This document shows positions 45,994 through 55,157 of a DNA stretch of 64,000 bases, one piece after another. Positions within the stretch are counted from its first letter, which is position 1, and each line of letters opens with the position of its first letter. The position numbers and the translations under genes were made by a program. Below the pieces are notes generated by a model. The model searched no databases. It was not told the DNA's origin and saw only the letters and a list, made by a program, of their open reading frames with translations. Source of the stretch: Parcubacteria group bacterium (GTDB lineage: Bacteria; Patescibacteriota; Patescibacteriia; UBA2169); the NCBI GenBank assembly GCA_016181765.1, contig JACOYR010000001.1, positions 221,414 to 285,413 on the forward strand, given 5' to 3'.

Positions 45994-46308
45994 CGCGGTA
46001 ATTTTTTCTATCTTGACCTGGGTGTACGCCTGGCGATGGCCGTACTTCTTGCGGTAGCGCACCTTGCGCTTGTACTTGATGACGTCAATCTTCTTGGCGC
46101 GCCCCTGCGCCAACACGAGAGCAGTGACTTTGGCGCCAGGAACGAGCGGAGCCCCGATGGTGAGATTGGCGCCATCTGCCTCGCCAACCAAAAGCACCTC
46201 GTTAAAATCAACGTTTTTTCCGGCTTCCACGTCAAGTTTTTCCACTTTGATGGTGTCGCCCTCCGCCACCTTGTACTGCTTTCCGCCTGTTTTGATGACT
46301 GCAATCAT
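45991..46308 (-). CDS. rplU: 50S ribosomal protein L21
   Basis: [14 protein letters not shown] start. Confidence 0.9.
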   Translation of the reverse strand: MIAVIKTGGKQYKVAEGDTIKVEKLDVEAGKNVDFNEVLLVGEADGANLTIGAPLVPGAKVTALVLAQGRAKKIDVIKYKRKVRYRKKYGHRQAYTQVKIEKITA

Positions 46309-46340
46309 ATACGGTTACGCATTAACTCCTCGGCTCTGCA

Positions 46341-46368
46341 GTGAAAAAGCTTGCTTTTTCACTGCTCT
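46341..46368 (-). promoter_or_regulatory. perfect 11-bp hairpin in the rplU 5' leader
   Basis: cagtgaaaaag-cttg-ctttttcactg, between the GTATACT -10 (about 46396-46404) and the rplU ATG. Confidence 0.5.
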
Positions 46369-46400
46369 CGCTCTACGTCGTTTATTGGAAAAGTATACGC

Positions 46401-46877
46401 TCAATTGCCTGCCTTGTCAAGCTCCACTACATCCCCTGTTTTGACGCCATTCCCAGCCACCCAGCCCGCGTTCACTTCCAGAACCATGTCAGCGGGCTTG
46501 TGTGATTGAAAGCGCGCTATGGAGCCGTCTTCTGATTGGTAGGGAATGTTTTCCTGTATGCCTATGACTGTGCGGCCTGCGATCCAAATCGCGTCAAGGG
46601 GAAAACGCATATCCTTCATCCAAAAATTCCTGGGTCGCGCATCACCGTACACAAACAGCATGCCGCGGCCCGGCGGCAGTGATGAGCGCCCGGAAAGACC
46701 CTGAACCTGGCTCGGCCGCGTATCCGCAATTTCCACGGACACGGTTGCGCGGCCGACTCGCAGGGAAGACATTTCAAGCAGTGCGGATGGATCACGCATA
46801 TACCGATTTGCCGCAAGCGCGGCCATTGCCGCTAGGGCAATGGCGATGAGAGTGAATGTGAGCGTTTTCGCGACCAT
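46401..46877 (-). CDS. DUF192-domain protein (signal-anchored)
   Basis: Start MVAKTLTFTLIAIALAAMAALA; C-terminal MLFVYGDARPRNFWMKDMRFPLDAIWI resembles DUF192. Confidence 0.55.
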   Translation of the reverse strand: MVAKTLTFTLIAIALAAMAALAANRYMRDPSALLEMSSLRVGRATVSVEIADTRPSQVQGLSGRSSLPPGRGMLFVYGDARPRNFWMKDMRFPLDAIWIAGRTVIGIQENIPYQSEDGSIARFQSHKPADMVLEVNAGWVAGNGVKTGDVVELDKAGN

Positions 46878-47926
46878 AGTCCCAAAAGAATCATGACCGC
46901 AACGAGCGCGGTCAAGAGGTACACCTTGCCCCGGGTCTGGACGAACAGCGATGCAACCCCGAAAAGCGCGGCCACTCCCCACAAGAGCAGCACGCTCTGC
47001 CGGTGCGAGAGCCCCGCGGTCAAGAGCCGAAAGTGCAGGTGCTTTGAGTCCCCGATTGCGGGTGATTTTTTTTCCAAAAACACGCGGCGCACAATGACCC
47101 ACCCCACGTCAAGGATAGGAACACCCATCACTAAAAGCGCGGTGGCGACTTTCCCGCCGGAAATGATTGCGAGCACCCCCAGCATGAATCCAAGCCAGAC
47201 GCTCCCCCCTTCGCCCAAGAATATCTTGGCCGGGTGCGCGTTCCAGAACAAAAAGCCGAGGGTGGCTCCGGCGAGAGATACGGCGAGCAAGGCCACGTCC
47301 GGCTGGAACGTCTTATCGGACAAAGAGAGCGCGAATAAAATGAACGCGCCGATGGCGGTAATGCCCGATACGAGGCCGTCAAGCCCGTCCAGGAGCTTGG
47401 TGGTGAACATCATTCCCAAGAGCCAGATGACGGTGAAGAAGTCAGCGAGCAGCACGAACTGGATGGTCCGGCCGCCCGCTTCAAACAGGTCCCACTGGAG
47501 AGTGTCCAAGTGCCACAGCCCGGGGCCCAAGGGATTGCTCACGAACGCAATGCCCATGCCGCTTCCGATGACCACTAAAATTGCGATGATGGGAGCAACC
47601 AGCTGGAACCGCGCCCGCAAGCGGTAGCGGTCATCCAAAAAACCGCCGACCATAAGCGCAAACCCCGCGATGAAGAGCCCGAGCAAAAATTGCTCGCTTA
47701 CGTACCGCGCCGGCAAGAGATCCGAAAACAGGATAATTGACCCAATCACCAGCCAGAACGATGCGAAAATAGCCGCTCCGCCGAGGAGCGGAATGGGCTT
47801 TGAGTGGATTTTGCGCGGCTCGCCCGGGCGGTCAATAATGTTAAGCCTCGCGGCAACGCGGCGCACTACTGTGGTTGCAAGGAAGGCCAGCGCCGCTGCC
47901 GCCAAAAAAATCCCTACGTACCGCAT
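46832..47926 (-). CDS. MraY/WecA-family (glycosyltransferase family 4) phospho-sugar transferase
   Basis: About 10 TM helices, IDRPGEPRKIHSKPIPLLGG and DGLDGLV motifs. Confidence 0.7.
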   Translation of the reverse strand: MRYVGIFLAAAALAFLATTVVRRVAARLNIIDRPGEPRKIHSKPIPLLGGAAIFASFWLVIGSIILFSDLLPARYVSEQFLLGLFIAGFALMVGGFLDDRYRLRARFQLVAPIIAILVVIGSGMGIAFVSNPLGPGLWHLDTLQWDLFEAGGRTIQFVLLADFFTVIWLLGMMFTTKLLDGLDGLVSGITAIGAFILFALSLSDKTFQPDVALLAVSLAGATLGFLFWNAHPAKIFLGEGGSVWLGFMLGVLAIISGGKVATALLVMGVPILDVGWVIVRRVFLEKKSPAIGDSKHLHFRLLTAGLSHRQSVLLLWGVAALFGVASLFVQTRGKVYLLTALVAVMILLGLWSRKRSHSLSSPLP

Positions 47927-47928
47927 AG

Positions 47929-48306
47929 CTATACTGGGTGCGCCTCAAGGTAGGTCCCGAGGATCAAGGCCGCTGCCTGGGCATGGTTGCGCTCGGCTGC
48001 ATCATCTGATGCAGTGGTTGAGAACCGCTCATCCTGCTTGGTGATAGGCAAGGAGAGCGTTGAAAGTTTTTTGATGAATTCGTCCACGGCGCGGGTGGCT
48101 GCCCCCTCTTCCCCGGCAAGCGTGAGCGGGTACCCGATCACAATGTGCTGGAAGCCCTCAACCAGAATAATCCGCTCCAGCTCAAGGATGGCGCCGGAGT
48201 CGTTCAGCACGGTCCGGAACGGCACCGCGACCCGAGCCTCGTCCGAGGCTTTGGCAAGCCCGATTTTGGATTCGCCGTAATCAATGCCTAAGTAGTTCAT
48301 AACCAC
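47929..48306 (-). CDS. ruvX: Holliday-junction resolvase-like RuvX (YqgF)
   Basis: YLGIDYGESKIGLA start and RNase H-like fold; 125 aa. Confidence 0.85.
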   Translation of the reverse strand: MVMNYLGIDYGESKIGLAKASDEARVAVPFRTVLNDSGAILELERIILVEGFQHIVIGYPLTLAGEEGAATRAVDEFIKKLSTLSLPITKQDERFSTTASDDAAERNHAQAAALILGTYLEAHPV

Positions 48307-48313
48307 CCCCTCG

Positions 48314-48377
48314 CCCCCTCCTGAATACAGGAGGGGGAATATTATATGGTCGAGCCCGCTCCTGAATACAGGAGGGG
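48314..48377. repeat. two copies of the CTCCTGAATACAGGAG palindrome (ruvX leader / map trailer)
   Basis: ccccctcc-tgaataca-ggaggggg at 48314-48337 and ctcc-tgaataca-ggagggg at 48359-48377; the first puts GGAGGGGG 13 nt upstream of the ruvX ATG. Confidence 0.7.
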
Positions 48378-48380
48378 AGT

Positions 48381-49136
48381 TTACTGGGTTAATATTCGCG
48401 GCCCGTTCGTGGCGGCCACGACCGTGTGCTCAAAGTGCGCGGCGCGCGCGCCATCAGCAGTCACCACGCCCCAGCCGTCATCCGCTGTTTTGACGTCTGC
48501 GCCTCCAATGGCAATCATGGGCTCAATGGCAAGCACTGCCCCTGCCATGATTTTTTCGCCGCTTCCGGCTTTTCCAAAATTGGGAATACGCGGCTCTTCG
48601 TGCACGCTGTAGCCCACGGCATGGCCGGTGAGCTTGCGGATGACCCCATATCCAAGCTTTTCCGCATACTCCTGGACCGCGTGCCCGATATCGCCGAGAT
48701 GGTTGCCCGCTACAGCCTGGGCAATGCCGCGTTCCAAACACTCGCGCGTTACCGCGAGCAGGCGCTCGTCTTCTTCCGAAATATCGCCAATGGGAACGGT
48801 TACGGCATGGTCCGTGTACAAACCTTTGTACTCTAGACCGAGGTCCAGGCCGATCAAATCCCCTTCTCTGAATGCCAAATCCTTGTGCGGAATGCCGTGC
48901 ACCAGCATGTCGTTCGGGGAAACGCACAACACGTTCGGGAACTCTTCGCCAGGCTTGCCAAATCCCTTGAATGACGGGCTGCCCCCTGCTTTGCGGATTT
49001 CCTCTTCTGCCAACGCGTCCAAATCAGATGCGTTGGCGCCCGCAACGCACCGCGCAACCAAATCTTTCATAATGCAGGCAAGGATATGCCCGCCTTCCGC
49101 CAGCAGTTCTATTTCTTTGGCGGTTTTCGGCTTCAT
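48381..49136 (-). CDS. map: type I methionine aminopeptidase
   Basis: Metal ligands in conserved context (D...D...H...E...E), 251 aa. Confidence 0.9.
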   Translation of the reverse strand: MKPKTAKEIELLAEGGHILACIMKDLVARCVAGANASDLDALAEEEIRKAGGSPSFKGFGKPGEEFPNVLCVSPNDMLVHGIPHKDLAFREGDLIGLDLGLEYKGLYTDHAVTVPIGDISEEDERLLAVTRECLERGIAQAVAGNHLGDIGHAVQEYAEKLGYGVIRKLTGHAVGYSVHEEPRIPNFGKAGSGEKIMAGAVLAIEPMIAIGGADVKTADDGWGVVTADGARAAHFEHTVVAATNGPRILTQ

Positions 49137-49777
49137 GCAAATATCTCCCCCACTGATTTTTCAACTTCATCAATGGACGGCGTGCCGTCTATGCGGTGGA
49201 GAATGCCTTGCGCTTCGTAGCGATCAAGCATGGGTTTGGTATCTTTGTGGTACCAGTCAAGGCGCTTCTGGATCCCCGCGGGCGTATCATCTGCACGCTG
49301 CACAAGTTTCGTGTTGCAATCATCACAGAGCTCATCGCTCTTTGGCGGATTGGTAAGCATGTTATAGACCCTCCCGTCTTTCGGGCACTCTCTGCGGGCG
49401 GAAAGCCTTCTGATTGACTCCTGGTCCGGAATGTCAATCAAAATAACGTGCGAGGGCGCGGCAACCGCGTCAGAAGCCTCTGCCTGGCCCTGGCTCCGGG
49501 GAAATCCGTCCATCACAAAACCTCCGGATGAGGAGAGCGCCTGTTCCATCTTTGCTTTCATGAACGCGCTGATGTCCTGGTCCGCCAGATGGCCGCCGGA
49601 ATTGACGGTTTCTGCAAACTGATTGCCGCGCGCGCTTTTGGACGCGATTTCATCGCGCAAGAGCTTGCCCGTCTCAAGATACGGGATTTCAAGCTTTTGC
49701 GCTAGCCGCTTGCCCTGGGTTCCCTTGCCCGACCCTTGGGGCCCGAGCAGGATGATGACTGGTTTGTTTTTTTGCAT
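49133..49777 (-). CDS. adk: adenylate kinase
   Basis: GPQGSGKGTQ P-loop and a zinc lid with CPKDGRVYN...CDDC. Confidence 0.9.
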   Translation of the reverse strand: MQKNKPVIILLGPQGSGKGTQGKRLAQKLEIPYLETGKLLRDEIASKSARGNQFAETVNSGGHLADQDISAFMKAKMEQALSSSGGFVMDGFPRSQGQAEASDAVAAPSHVILIDIPDQESIRRLSARRECPKDGRVYNMLTNPPKSDELCDDCNTKLVQRADDTPAGIQKRLDWYHKDTKPMLDRYEAQGILHRIDGTPSIDEVEKSVGEIFA

Positions 49778-49837
49778 GAACGTTAGAAGCGTTCGTAGTC
49801 CCTCATGATGAGCTGGGAATTGATTTGCTTGACCGTC

Positions 49838-51010
49838 TCAATCACCACAGACACCACGATCAAAAGAGAGGTGCCGCCGATGACCAAATTCCGCGAACAA
49901 GATGCGGTTTGAAACCTGGGAAAGGTAGCGGCTGGTTTCGTGCCCGGGCCGAATCCCCGGGATAAACCCGCCCTGGCGCTGGAGGTTTTCGGCAATCTGA
50001 TCCGGCTTGAAAATGACCGCCGTGTAAAAGTAGGTGAATCCGAACACCAGCAAAAAGTACACCACCGCGTACACTATGCCGTTGGGATTGAACAACTCAA
50101 TCACCAGGTTCGCGGCCTGCCGCAGGAGCGCAACCGATGACTCCGAAAAAAACTGGGCGACAAGAGGCGGGAACAGCACAATGGAAATCGCGAAGATGAT
50201 GGGAATCACGCCTGCCTGGTTCACGCGCAAGGGCAGGTGGCTGTGCACACCCCCGCCGGATGCGCCTCCGCGCGCAAACTTGGCGTAGGTCACCGGAATG
50301 TTGCGCTGGCCTTCGGTGATGAACACCACGCCCGCGACTGTCGCGAGCGCGATAATCACAAACAGGATGACGTTGATGAGCTGGGACGCGTCGTAGGTTG
50401 AAAACACCCGCAAGAGCGCTGTGGGCAGCCCGGCAACAATGCCCGCGAAAATGAGGAGCGAGATGCCGTTGCCCACCTTGCGTTCGCTCGCGAGCTCCCC
50501 GAGCCACATCAAAAACAAGGTGCCTGCAGTCACCACCGCCATCACCATAGCCATCTGGGCAAAAGAAATGGAGCCCAAGAGGGACGCGCCAGCGGAGGTG
50601 CCCGCGCGCTGCAGGAACACGATGGTGCCGTACGCCTGGATCAGGGCAAAGGGAACCGTGGCAAGCCTGGTCCACTGGCCGATTTTCTGCCTTCCGGCCT
50701 CGCTCTCCTTTTGCATCTCCTCAAGCTGGGGCACGATCATGCCGAGGAGCTGGAAGATGATGGATGAGGTGATGTACGGCCCCACGCCGAGCATGACCAC
50801 GGAAAAGTTCTCCAAGCCGCCTCCGGTGAGGATGTTGAGGAGCCCGAGAATCTGGTTGGAATTAAAAAAAGCCTGCAGCCCGGAAACGTCAACCCCGGGG
50901 ACCGGGATGTGCGCGAGCACGCGGAAGATGACAAAGACGCCGAGCACAAACAGTATATCATTCCTGATATCCCGCGTGGCTACGATCTGTTTGAGCTTCT
51001 GTACAAACAT
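49838..51010 (-). CDS. secY: preprotein translocase SecY (3' end disrupted: frameshift and missing TM10)
   Basis: Canonical SecY through GGFIPGIRPGHETSRYLSQVSNRI, then an abnormal LFAEFGHRRHLSFDRGVCGD*. The conserved C-terminus GGTSLLIVVSVVIETVKQINSQLIMRDYERF is in another frame (ORF 49783..49995). Confidence 0.8.
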   Translation of the reverse strand: MFVQKLKQIVATRDIRNDILFVLGVFVIFRVLAHIPVPGVDVSGLQAFFNSNQILGLLNILTGGGLENFSVVMLGVGPYITSSIIFQLLGMIVPQLEEMQKESEAGRQKIGQWTRLATVPFALIQAYGTIVFLQRAGTSAGASLLGSISFAQMAMVMAVVTAGTLFLMWLGELASERKVGNGISLLIFAGIVAGLPTALLRVFSTYDASQLINVILFVIIALATVAGVVFITEGQRNIPVTYAKFARGGASGGGVHSHLPLRVNQAGVIPIIFAISIVLFPPLVAQFFSESSVALLRQAANLVIELFNPNGIVYAVVYFLLVFGFTYFYTAVIFKPDQIAENLQRQGGFIPGIRPGHETSRYLSQVSNRILFAEFGHRRHLSFDRGVCGD

Positions 51011-51013
51011 GGG

Positions 51014-51472
51014 TTACTTACGCGCGATAGTGACGCTTCCGCCCGCCTTTTCAATGGCCGCGCGCGCGGACCGCGATACGTAGTGCACGGTAACGCTAAG
51101 CTTCTTTTCCAGTGTACCATTTCCGAGCACCTTTACGCCACCCGGAGTCCGGCGCACCACGCCGCGGCTTACCAGGGATTTCTGGCTGACGGTTTCGCCG
51201 TCCTTAAAGCGTAGGGAGAGCTGTGAGAGGTTGACAATCGCAATTTCGGGCGAGAAACGCTTAAAACCCCGCAGCTTGGGCGTGCGGATCAAAAACTGCT
51301 GGAACGCGCTGCGCCGCTTGATGCCCCGCGTCCCGCCCGAACGCGCGGTCTGGCCCTTTAAGCCTCGGGCCGAATACGTGCCCTTGCCCGAAGCATTGCC
51401 GCGGCCAACGCGCTTTTTGCGCTTCTTCTGTCCAGCCGGGCGCGGCAGGTTGTGGAGAGAAAGTTCTGCCAT
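51014..51472 (-). CDS. rplO: 50S ribosomal protein L15
   Basis: KRVGRGNASGKGTYSARG motif. Confidence 0.9.
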   Translation of the reverse strand: MAELSLHNLPRPAGQKKRKKRVGRGNASGKGTYSARGLKGQTARSGGTRGIKRRSAFQQFLIRTPKLRGFKRFSPEIAIVNLSQLSLRFKDGETVSQKSLVSRGVVRRTPGGVKVLGNGTLEKKLSVTVHYVSRSARAAIEKAGGSVTIARK

Positions 51473-51475
51473 ATG

Positions 51476-52069
51476 CTATGCTGTTCCTTTTTCTTCTGTC
51501 GGCTCTTCGGATCCCTCCCCCGGCTTGGCCTCCTGCTTTAGAGCGGTTTTTCGGGCCCGCGGCTTCCGCAGCCGTCCGAGCGCATCCATCAGGGTCTGGG
51601 CGTTATTCACCTTATTGTTCGTCCCCATGATCTTGGCCACTACGTCGCGGACTCCGGCCAACTCAAAAATCTGGCGGACCACGCTGCCCGCAATCACTCC
51701 TGTTCCGGGCGGGGCCGGCTTCAGGAAAAGCTGGGAACTGCGGTCCTTGATGCGGATTTCGTGCGGAATGGTTCCGGTGTCCGTGGTCTCAACCCGCACT
51801 AAGTGCTTTTTGGCGTCATTGGCCGCCTTGCTGATGGCAAGCTGCACGTCCGCCCCCTTTGCGATGCCCACGCCAACTTTGCCCTTCCGGTCGCCAATCA
51901 CGATGCACGCCCGAAAGCGCATGCGTTTGCCGCCTGCCATAACGCGCGTGACGCGCGCCAAATCCAGAATGACCTGGTCAAACTCATCACGGGCCTGGTC
52001 TTTGCGCGGTGAGCGCGGACCCCCTCTCCTTGAGCGCTGTGGTCTCTCTTGTGCCATAGTGTTATACAA
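51476..52069 (-). CDS. rpsE: 30S ribosomal protein S5
   Basis: dsRBD and S5 C-domain (GTGVIAG); directly abuts rplO with no rpmD between them. Confidence 0.9.
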   Translation of the reverse strand: MYNTMAQERPQRSRRGGPRSPRKDQARDEFDQVILDLARVTRVMAGGKRMRFRACIVIGDRKGKVGVGIAKGADVQLAISKAANDAKKHLVRVETTDTGTIPHEIRIKDRSSQLFLKPAPPGTGVIAGSVVRQIFELAGVRDVVAKIMGTNNKVNNAQTLMDALGRLRKPRARKTALKQEAKPGEGSEEPTEEKGTA

Positions 52070-52406
52070 TTACTCCTGCCGCGCGCAGTGCCTCGGTAAA
52101 CGCTTTCACGCGGCCGTGGTACTTTTTGCTGCCGCGGTCAAGCGCTGCCTGTTTGATTCCCTCGGCAAGGGCTTTTTTGCCCAGCGCCTCTCCCAAGAGA
52201 GAAGCGCGCTCGGTTTTGGTTCCCGAAAAGCCTTTATCGCGGCCGGAAACGAGGGTTGTGCCTTTTGCATCGTCAATAAACTGGACAAACATGCCGGACG
52301 CGGAAAGCGCAAGCGAAACGCGGATGCGCGCGCTCCGGCCGCCCAAACGGCTGCGGACGCGGCGGGCGCGGCGCGTGGCGTTCAGTTGTTTTTTAGTCGC
52401 GTGCAT
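52062..52406 (-). CDS. rplR: 50S ribosomal protein L18
   Basis: RARRVRSRL ... IDDAKGTTLVS. Confidence 0.9.
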   Translation of the reverse strand: MHATKKQLNATRRARRVRSRLGGRSARIRVSLALSASGMFVQFIDDAKGTTLVSGRDKGFSGTKTERASLLGEALGKKALAEGIKQAALDRGSKKYHGRVKAFTEALRAAGVIV

Positions 52407-52407
52407 A

Positions 52408-52956
52408 TTATCCTTCTGATCCCTTCATCACCTTGCCCTCCTTGCGGCGGATGACTTCGTCTGCGTACTTAATGCCCTTGCCTTTGTACGGCTCGGGTTT
52501 TTTAATTTTTCTGATGCTGGCGGCTGTCTCGCCCAGAAGTTCCTTGTGGATGCCGGAAAGCGTAATCGCATTGCCTTCCACTCGCGCCTGGATGCCTTCC
52601 GGAATCTCAAACTCAACCGGGTGGGAAAACCCCACGTTCAACACCAAGAGGTTCCCTTTAAGCTGGACCTTAAACCCAATTCCGTTCACCTCAAGTTTTT
52701 TCTCGTACCCATCCGTAACTCCGGTAACGGCGTTCGCAACCAGGCTGCGCGCAAGCCCCCAAAACGCGGCTTGGCGGCCGTCCTCGGGATTGGGAACCGA
52801 AACGTGCAAGGCGCCCTCCCGCTCTTCTACTTTTGCCTTGGGCGGAAGCGCTACCGAGAGCGTGCCTCTGGGGCCCGCGACGGTAACCGAATCGCGGTGC
52901 AGGGCGCTGGTCACGCCCGGGGGCAGTACAATGGGTTGTTTGCCGATTCTTGACAT
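52408..52956 (-). CDS. rplF: 50S ribosomal protein L6
   Basis: MSRIGKQPIVLPPGV start. Confidence 0.9.
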   Translation of the reverse strand: MSRIGKQPIVLPPGVTSALHRDSVTVAGPRGTLSVALPPKAKVEEREGALHVSVPNPEDGRQAAFWGLARSLVANAVTGVTDGYEKKLEVNGIGFKVQLKGNLLVLNVGFSHPVEFEIPEGIQARVEGNAITLSGIHKELLGETAASIRKIKKPEPYKGKGIKYADEVIRRKEGKVMKGSEG

Positions 52957-52963
52957 ACTCGTA

Positions 52964-53362
52964 TTAGTAAATCTCGCACAACACTTCTCCGCCGAGACCG
53001 GCCCGCTTGGCTTCTCTGCTGGTCATAAGCCCCCGGGGAGTGGAAATGATTGCAATGCCGTACCCGGAGAGCACCACGGGCAGTTTGTCGGACTGTGCGT
53101 ACACCCGAAGTCCGGGTTTGCTTATGCGGACCAAGCGCTCAAGCGCGGATTTTCCTTCCTTATCGTACGCAAGGCTGATGCTGATGGCTGGCTTGCCGGC
53201 GCTATCCGCGGCCTCGGTAACCGCGCCAACGTACTTTTCGCGCGAGAGCAGCTGCGCCAACCTGAACTTGAGCTTGGAAAACGGAACAACCACGGCCTCG
53301 TGCCGGGCGCGCGTTGCGTTCCGTATTCGGGTTAACATGTCTGCGATTGGATCAGTCATCAT
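52964..53362 (-). CDS. rpsH: 30S ribosomal protein S8
   Basis: MTDPIADMLTRIRNA start. Confidence 0.9.
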   Translation of the reverse strand: MMTDPIADMLTRIRNATRARHEAVVVPFSKLKFRLAQLLSREKYVGAVTEAADSAGKPAISISLAYDKEGKSALERLVRISKPGLRVYAQSDKLPVVLSGYGIAIISTPRGLMTSREAKRAGLGGEVLCEIY

Positions 53363-53392
53363 ATGATTATATGAATATCGGAGTGAGGTTCC

Positions 53393-53578
53393 CTACCAGC
53401 TTGATTTGCGCACACCAGGGATCTCTCCGTTCCGCGCAAGCTCGCGGAAGCAGATCCGGCAGAGGTCAAAATCACGCATGTACCCCCGGTTCCTGCCGCA
53501 CTTCCAACACCTCCGAATCTTCCGGGTGGAAAACTTCGGGGAGCGGGATGCTTTTACTTTTAATGCGGTTCGTGCCAT
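53393..53578 (-). CDS. rpsZ: 30S ribosomal protein S14, type Z (zinc-binding)
   Basis: [48 protein letters not shown]; 61 aa with a CxxC...CxxC zinc motif. Confidence 0.9.
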   Translation of the reverse strand: MARTALKVKASRSPKFSTRKIRRCWKCGRNRGYMRDFDLCRICFRELARNGEIPGVRKSSW

Positions 53579-53603
53579 ATGGGTACCTCTGGTAATAGTG
53601 TGG

Positions 53604-54140
53604 TTACTTTTTGAATGGAAATCCGAGCGCCTTAAGGAGGGTAAGCCCGTCGTGGTCGTTTGCGGCGCTCGTGACCACTGTAATTTCAATTCCGTGCAGC
53701 TTTGCGATATCATCCCCGGCAACCTCCGGAAACACGTTGTGCTCGGAAAACCCAACGGTGAAGTTCCCGTGCCCGTCAAACCCCTTGGTGGAGAGCCCGC
53801 TGAAATCGCGCACGCGCGGCAAGGTCACGTGGAGAAGGCGGTCCAAGAAATCAATGGCGCGCGTGCCGCGCAGCGTGACCTTCCCTCCCACCACCTGGCC
53901 TTCCCTGATTTTAAAATTTGAAATGGAGAGCCGGGCCCGCGTGGCAATGGCGCGCTGGCCCGTGATGCGCGAGAGCGTGTCCATAATCTTTGCTTCGTCA
54001 ACCGCCCCACCCCTCGAGACACGGCTGTTTATCACCACTTTCTCAATGCGCGGAGCGGCGTGGATGTTGTGCGCGCCAAACAGCTCTTTCCGGTTGGGAA
54101 GCACGCTCTTTTGGTAGGTTGCGGCAATGGAGGTGAACAT
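53604..54140 (-). CDS. rplE: 50S ribosomal protein L5
   Basis: Conserved L5 core. Confidence 0.9.
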   Translation of the reverse strand: MFTSIAATYQKSVLPNRKELFGAHNIHAAPRIEKVVINSRVSRGGAVDEAKIMDTLSRITGQRAIATRARLSISNFKIREGQVVGGKVTLRGTRAIDFLDRLLHVTLPRVRDFSGLSTKGFDGHGNFTVGFSEHNVFPEVAGDDIAKLHGIEITVVTSAANDHDGLTLLKALGFPFKK

Positions 54141-54146
54141 AGGGGG

Positions 54147-54470
54147 TTACAGGGCTGCTTTGCACTTTTTGCACGCGCGCATTTTTGCCGCGGGCGATGC
54201 GGTTGAAGTAGTTCGGGCGCTCGCCCCGACACGGGTGGCTTTTCCGCACTGCGGGCACACGAGCATGACGTTTGACGCTTCAATCGGGGAAGAAAATTCA
54301 ATCTTCTGGCCCGCTACCCCGCGCTTATTGGAACGCAAGTGCTTGGTGAGCACGTTAACGCCAAGAACCGACACGCGGTTGAGCGCGGGCAGAACCTGCA
54401 GAACTTTTCCCGACTTCCCGCGGTCTTTGCCTGCAATCACTTTAATAGTATCGCCTTTCTTGATCTTCAT
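54147..54470 (-). CDS. rplX: 50S ribosomal protein L24 with C-terminal zinc-ribbon-like extension
   Basis: MKIKKGDTIKVIAGKDRGKSGKV KOW start, then an unusual tail CPQCGK...CKKCK. Confidence 0.85.
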   Translation of the reverse strand: MKIKKGDTIKVIAGKDRGKSGKVLQVLPALNRVSVLGVNVLTKHLRSNKRGVAGQKIEFSSPIEASNVMLVCPQCGKATRVGASARTTSTASPAAKMRACKKCKAAL

Positions 54471-54494
54471 AGTTGATGCCAGCGGAAAGCGGCG

Positions 54495-54869
54495 CTAAAG
54501 CACTTCCGGCGCCAGTGAAATAATTTTAGTAAACCCTTTTTGGCGCAATTCCCGCGCGACCGGCCCGAAAATGCGGGTGCCCCGCGGCTCTTTTGATTTC
54601 TTATCCGCCAAAATCACGACCGCGTTTTCATCAAACCGAACGTACGATCCGTCAGCCCGGCGGAGTTCTTTTTTGCTGCGGACCAGGACCCCGGTCACCA
54701 CGTCGCCCTTTTTTACCATTGAGTGGGGCTGCGCTTCTTTAACCACCAAGGTCATGACATCCCCGATGCGGGCGTACCGCTTGCGGTTTCCGCCGAGCAC
54801 GGTGATACACCGGAGCTTTTTCGCGCCGGTATTGTCCGCTGAATGCGCCATGGTCATAAACTGGATCAT
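54495..54869 (-). CDS. rplN: 50S ribosomal protein L14
   Basis: MIQ...[17 protein letters not shown]. Confidence 0.9.
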   Translation of the reverse strand: MIQFMTMAHSADNTGAKKLRCITVLGGNRKRYARIGDVMTLVVKEAQPHSMVKKGDVVTGVLVRSKKELRRADGSYVRFDENAVVILADKKSKEPRGTRIFGPVARELRQKGFTKIISLAPEVL

Positions 54870-55135
54870 AAGGTACTCCCTTCCTTTGCAATAACGCGCC
54901 AGCGCTTTGTCTTGGACAGGGGCCTGGTCTCTTCTATGGTGACCAGGGTACCGGCCGCGAGCACCGCGCCCCGCCAGTCGCAGATGTAGTGCTTGCTTGT
55001 GGTGTAGCGCTTATGGTACTGGGGATGGGTTTTCACGCGGTTCACGACGACGACAACCGTATGCTGCATCTTGGTGGATGCAACAATTCCGTTCAGGCGG
55101 CGTTTGCGGGTAATCTTTTGCGTAGTCTCTTCCAT
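54866..55135 (-). CDS. rpsQ: 30S ribosomal protein S17
   Basis: [18 protein letters not shown]-fold. Confidence 0.9.
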   Translation of the reverse strand: MEETTQKITRKRRLNGIVASTKMQHTVVVVVNRVKTHPQYHKRYTTSKHYICDWRGAVLAAGTLVTIEETRPLSKTKRWRVIAKEGSTL

Positions 55136-55157
55136 AGGGAAATATTATTCTTTCGGC

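Noticed and set aside
48346-48612. Plus-strand ORF MVEPAPEYRRGVYW... starting right after a GGAGGGGG SD-like sequence
   Set aside because: It almost entirely overlaps map on the opposite strand. The SD-like sequence is the arm of the palindromic hairpin serving the minus-strand ruvX.
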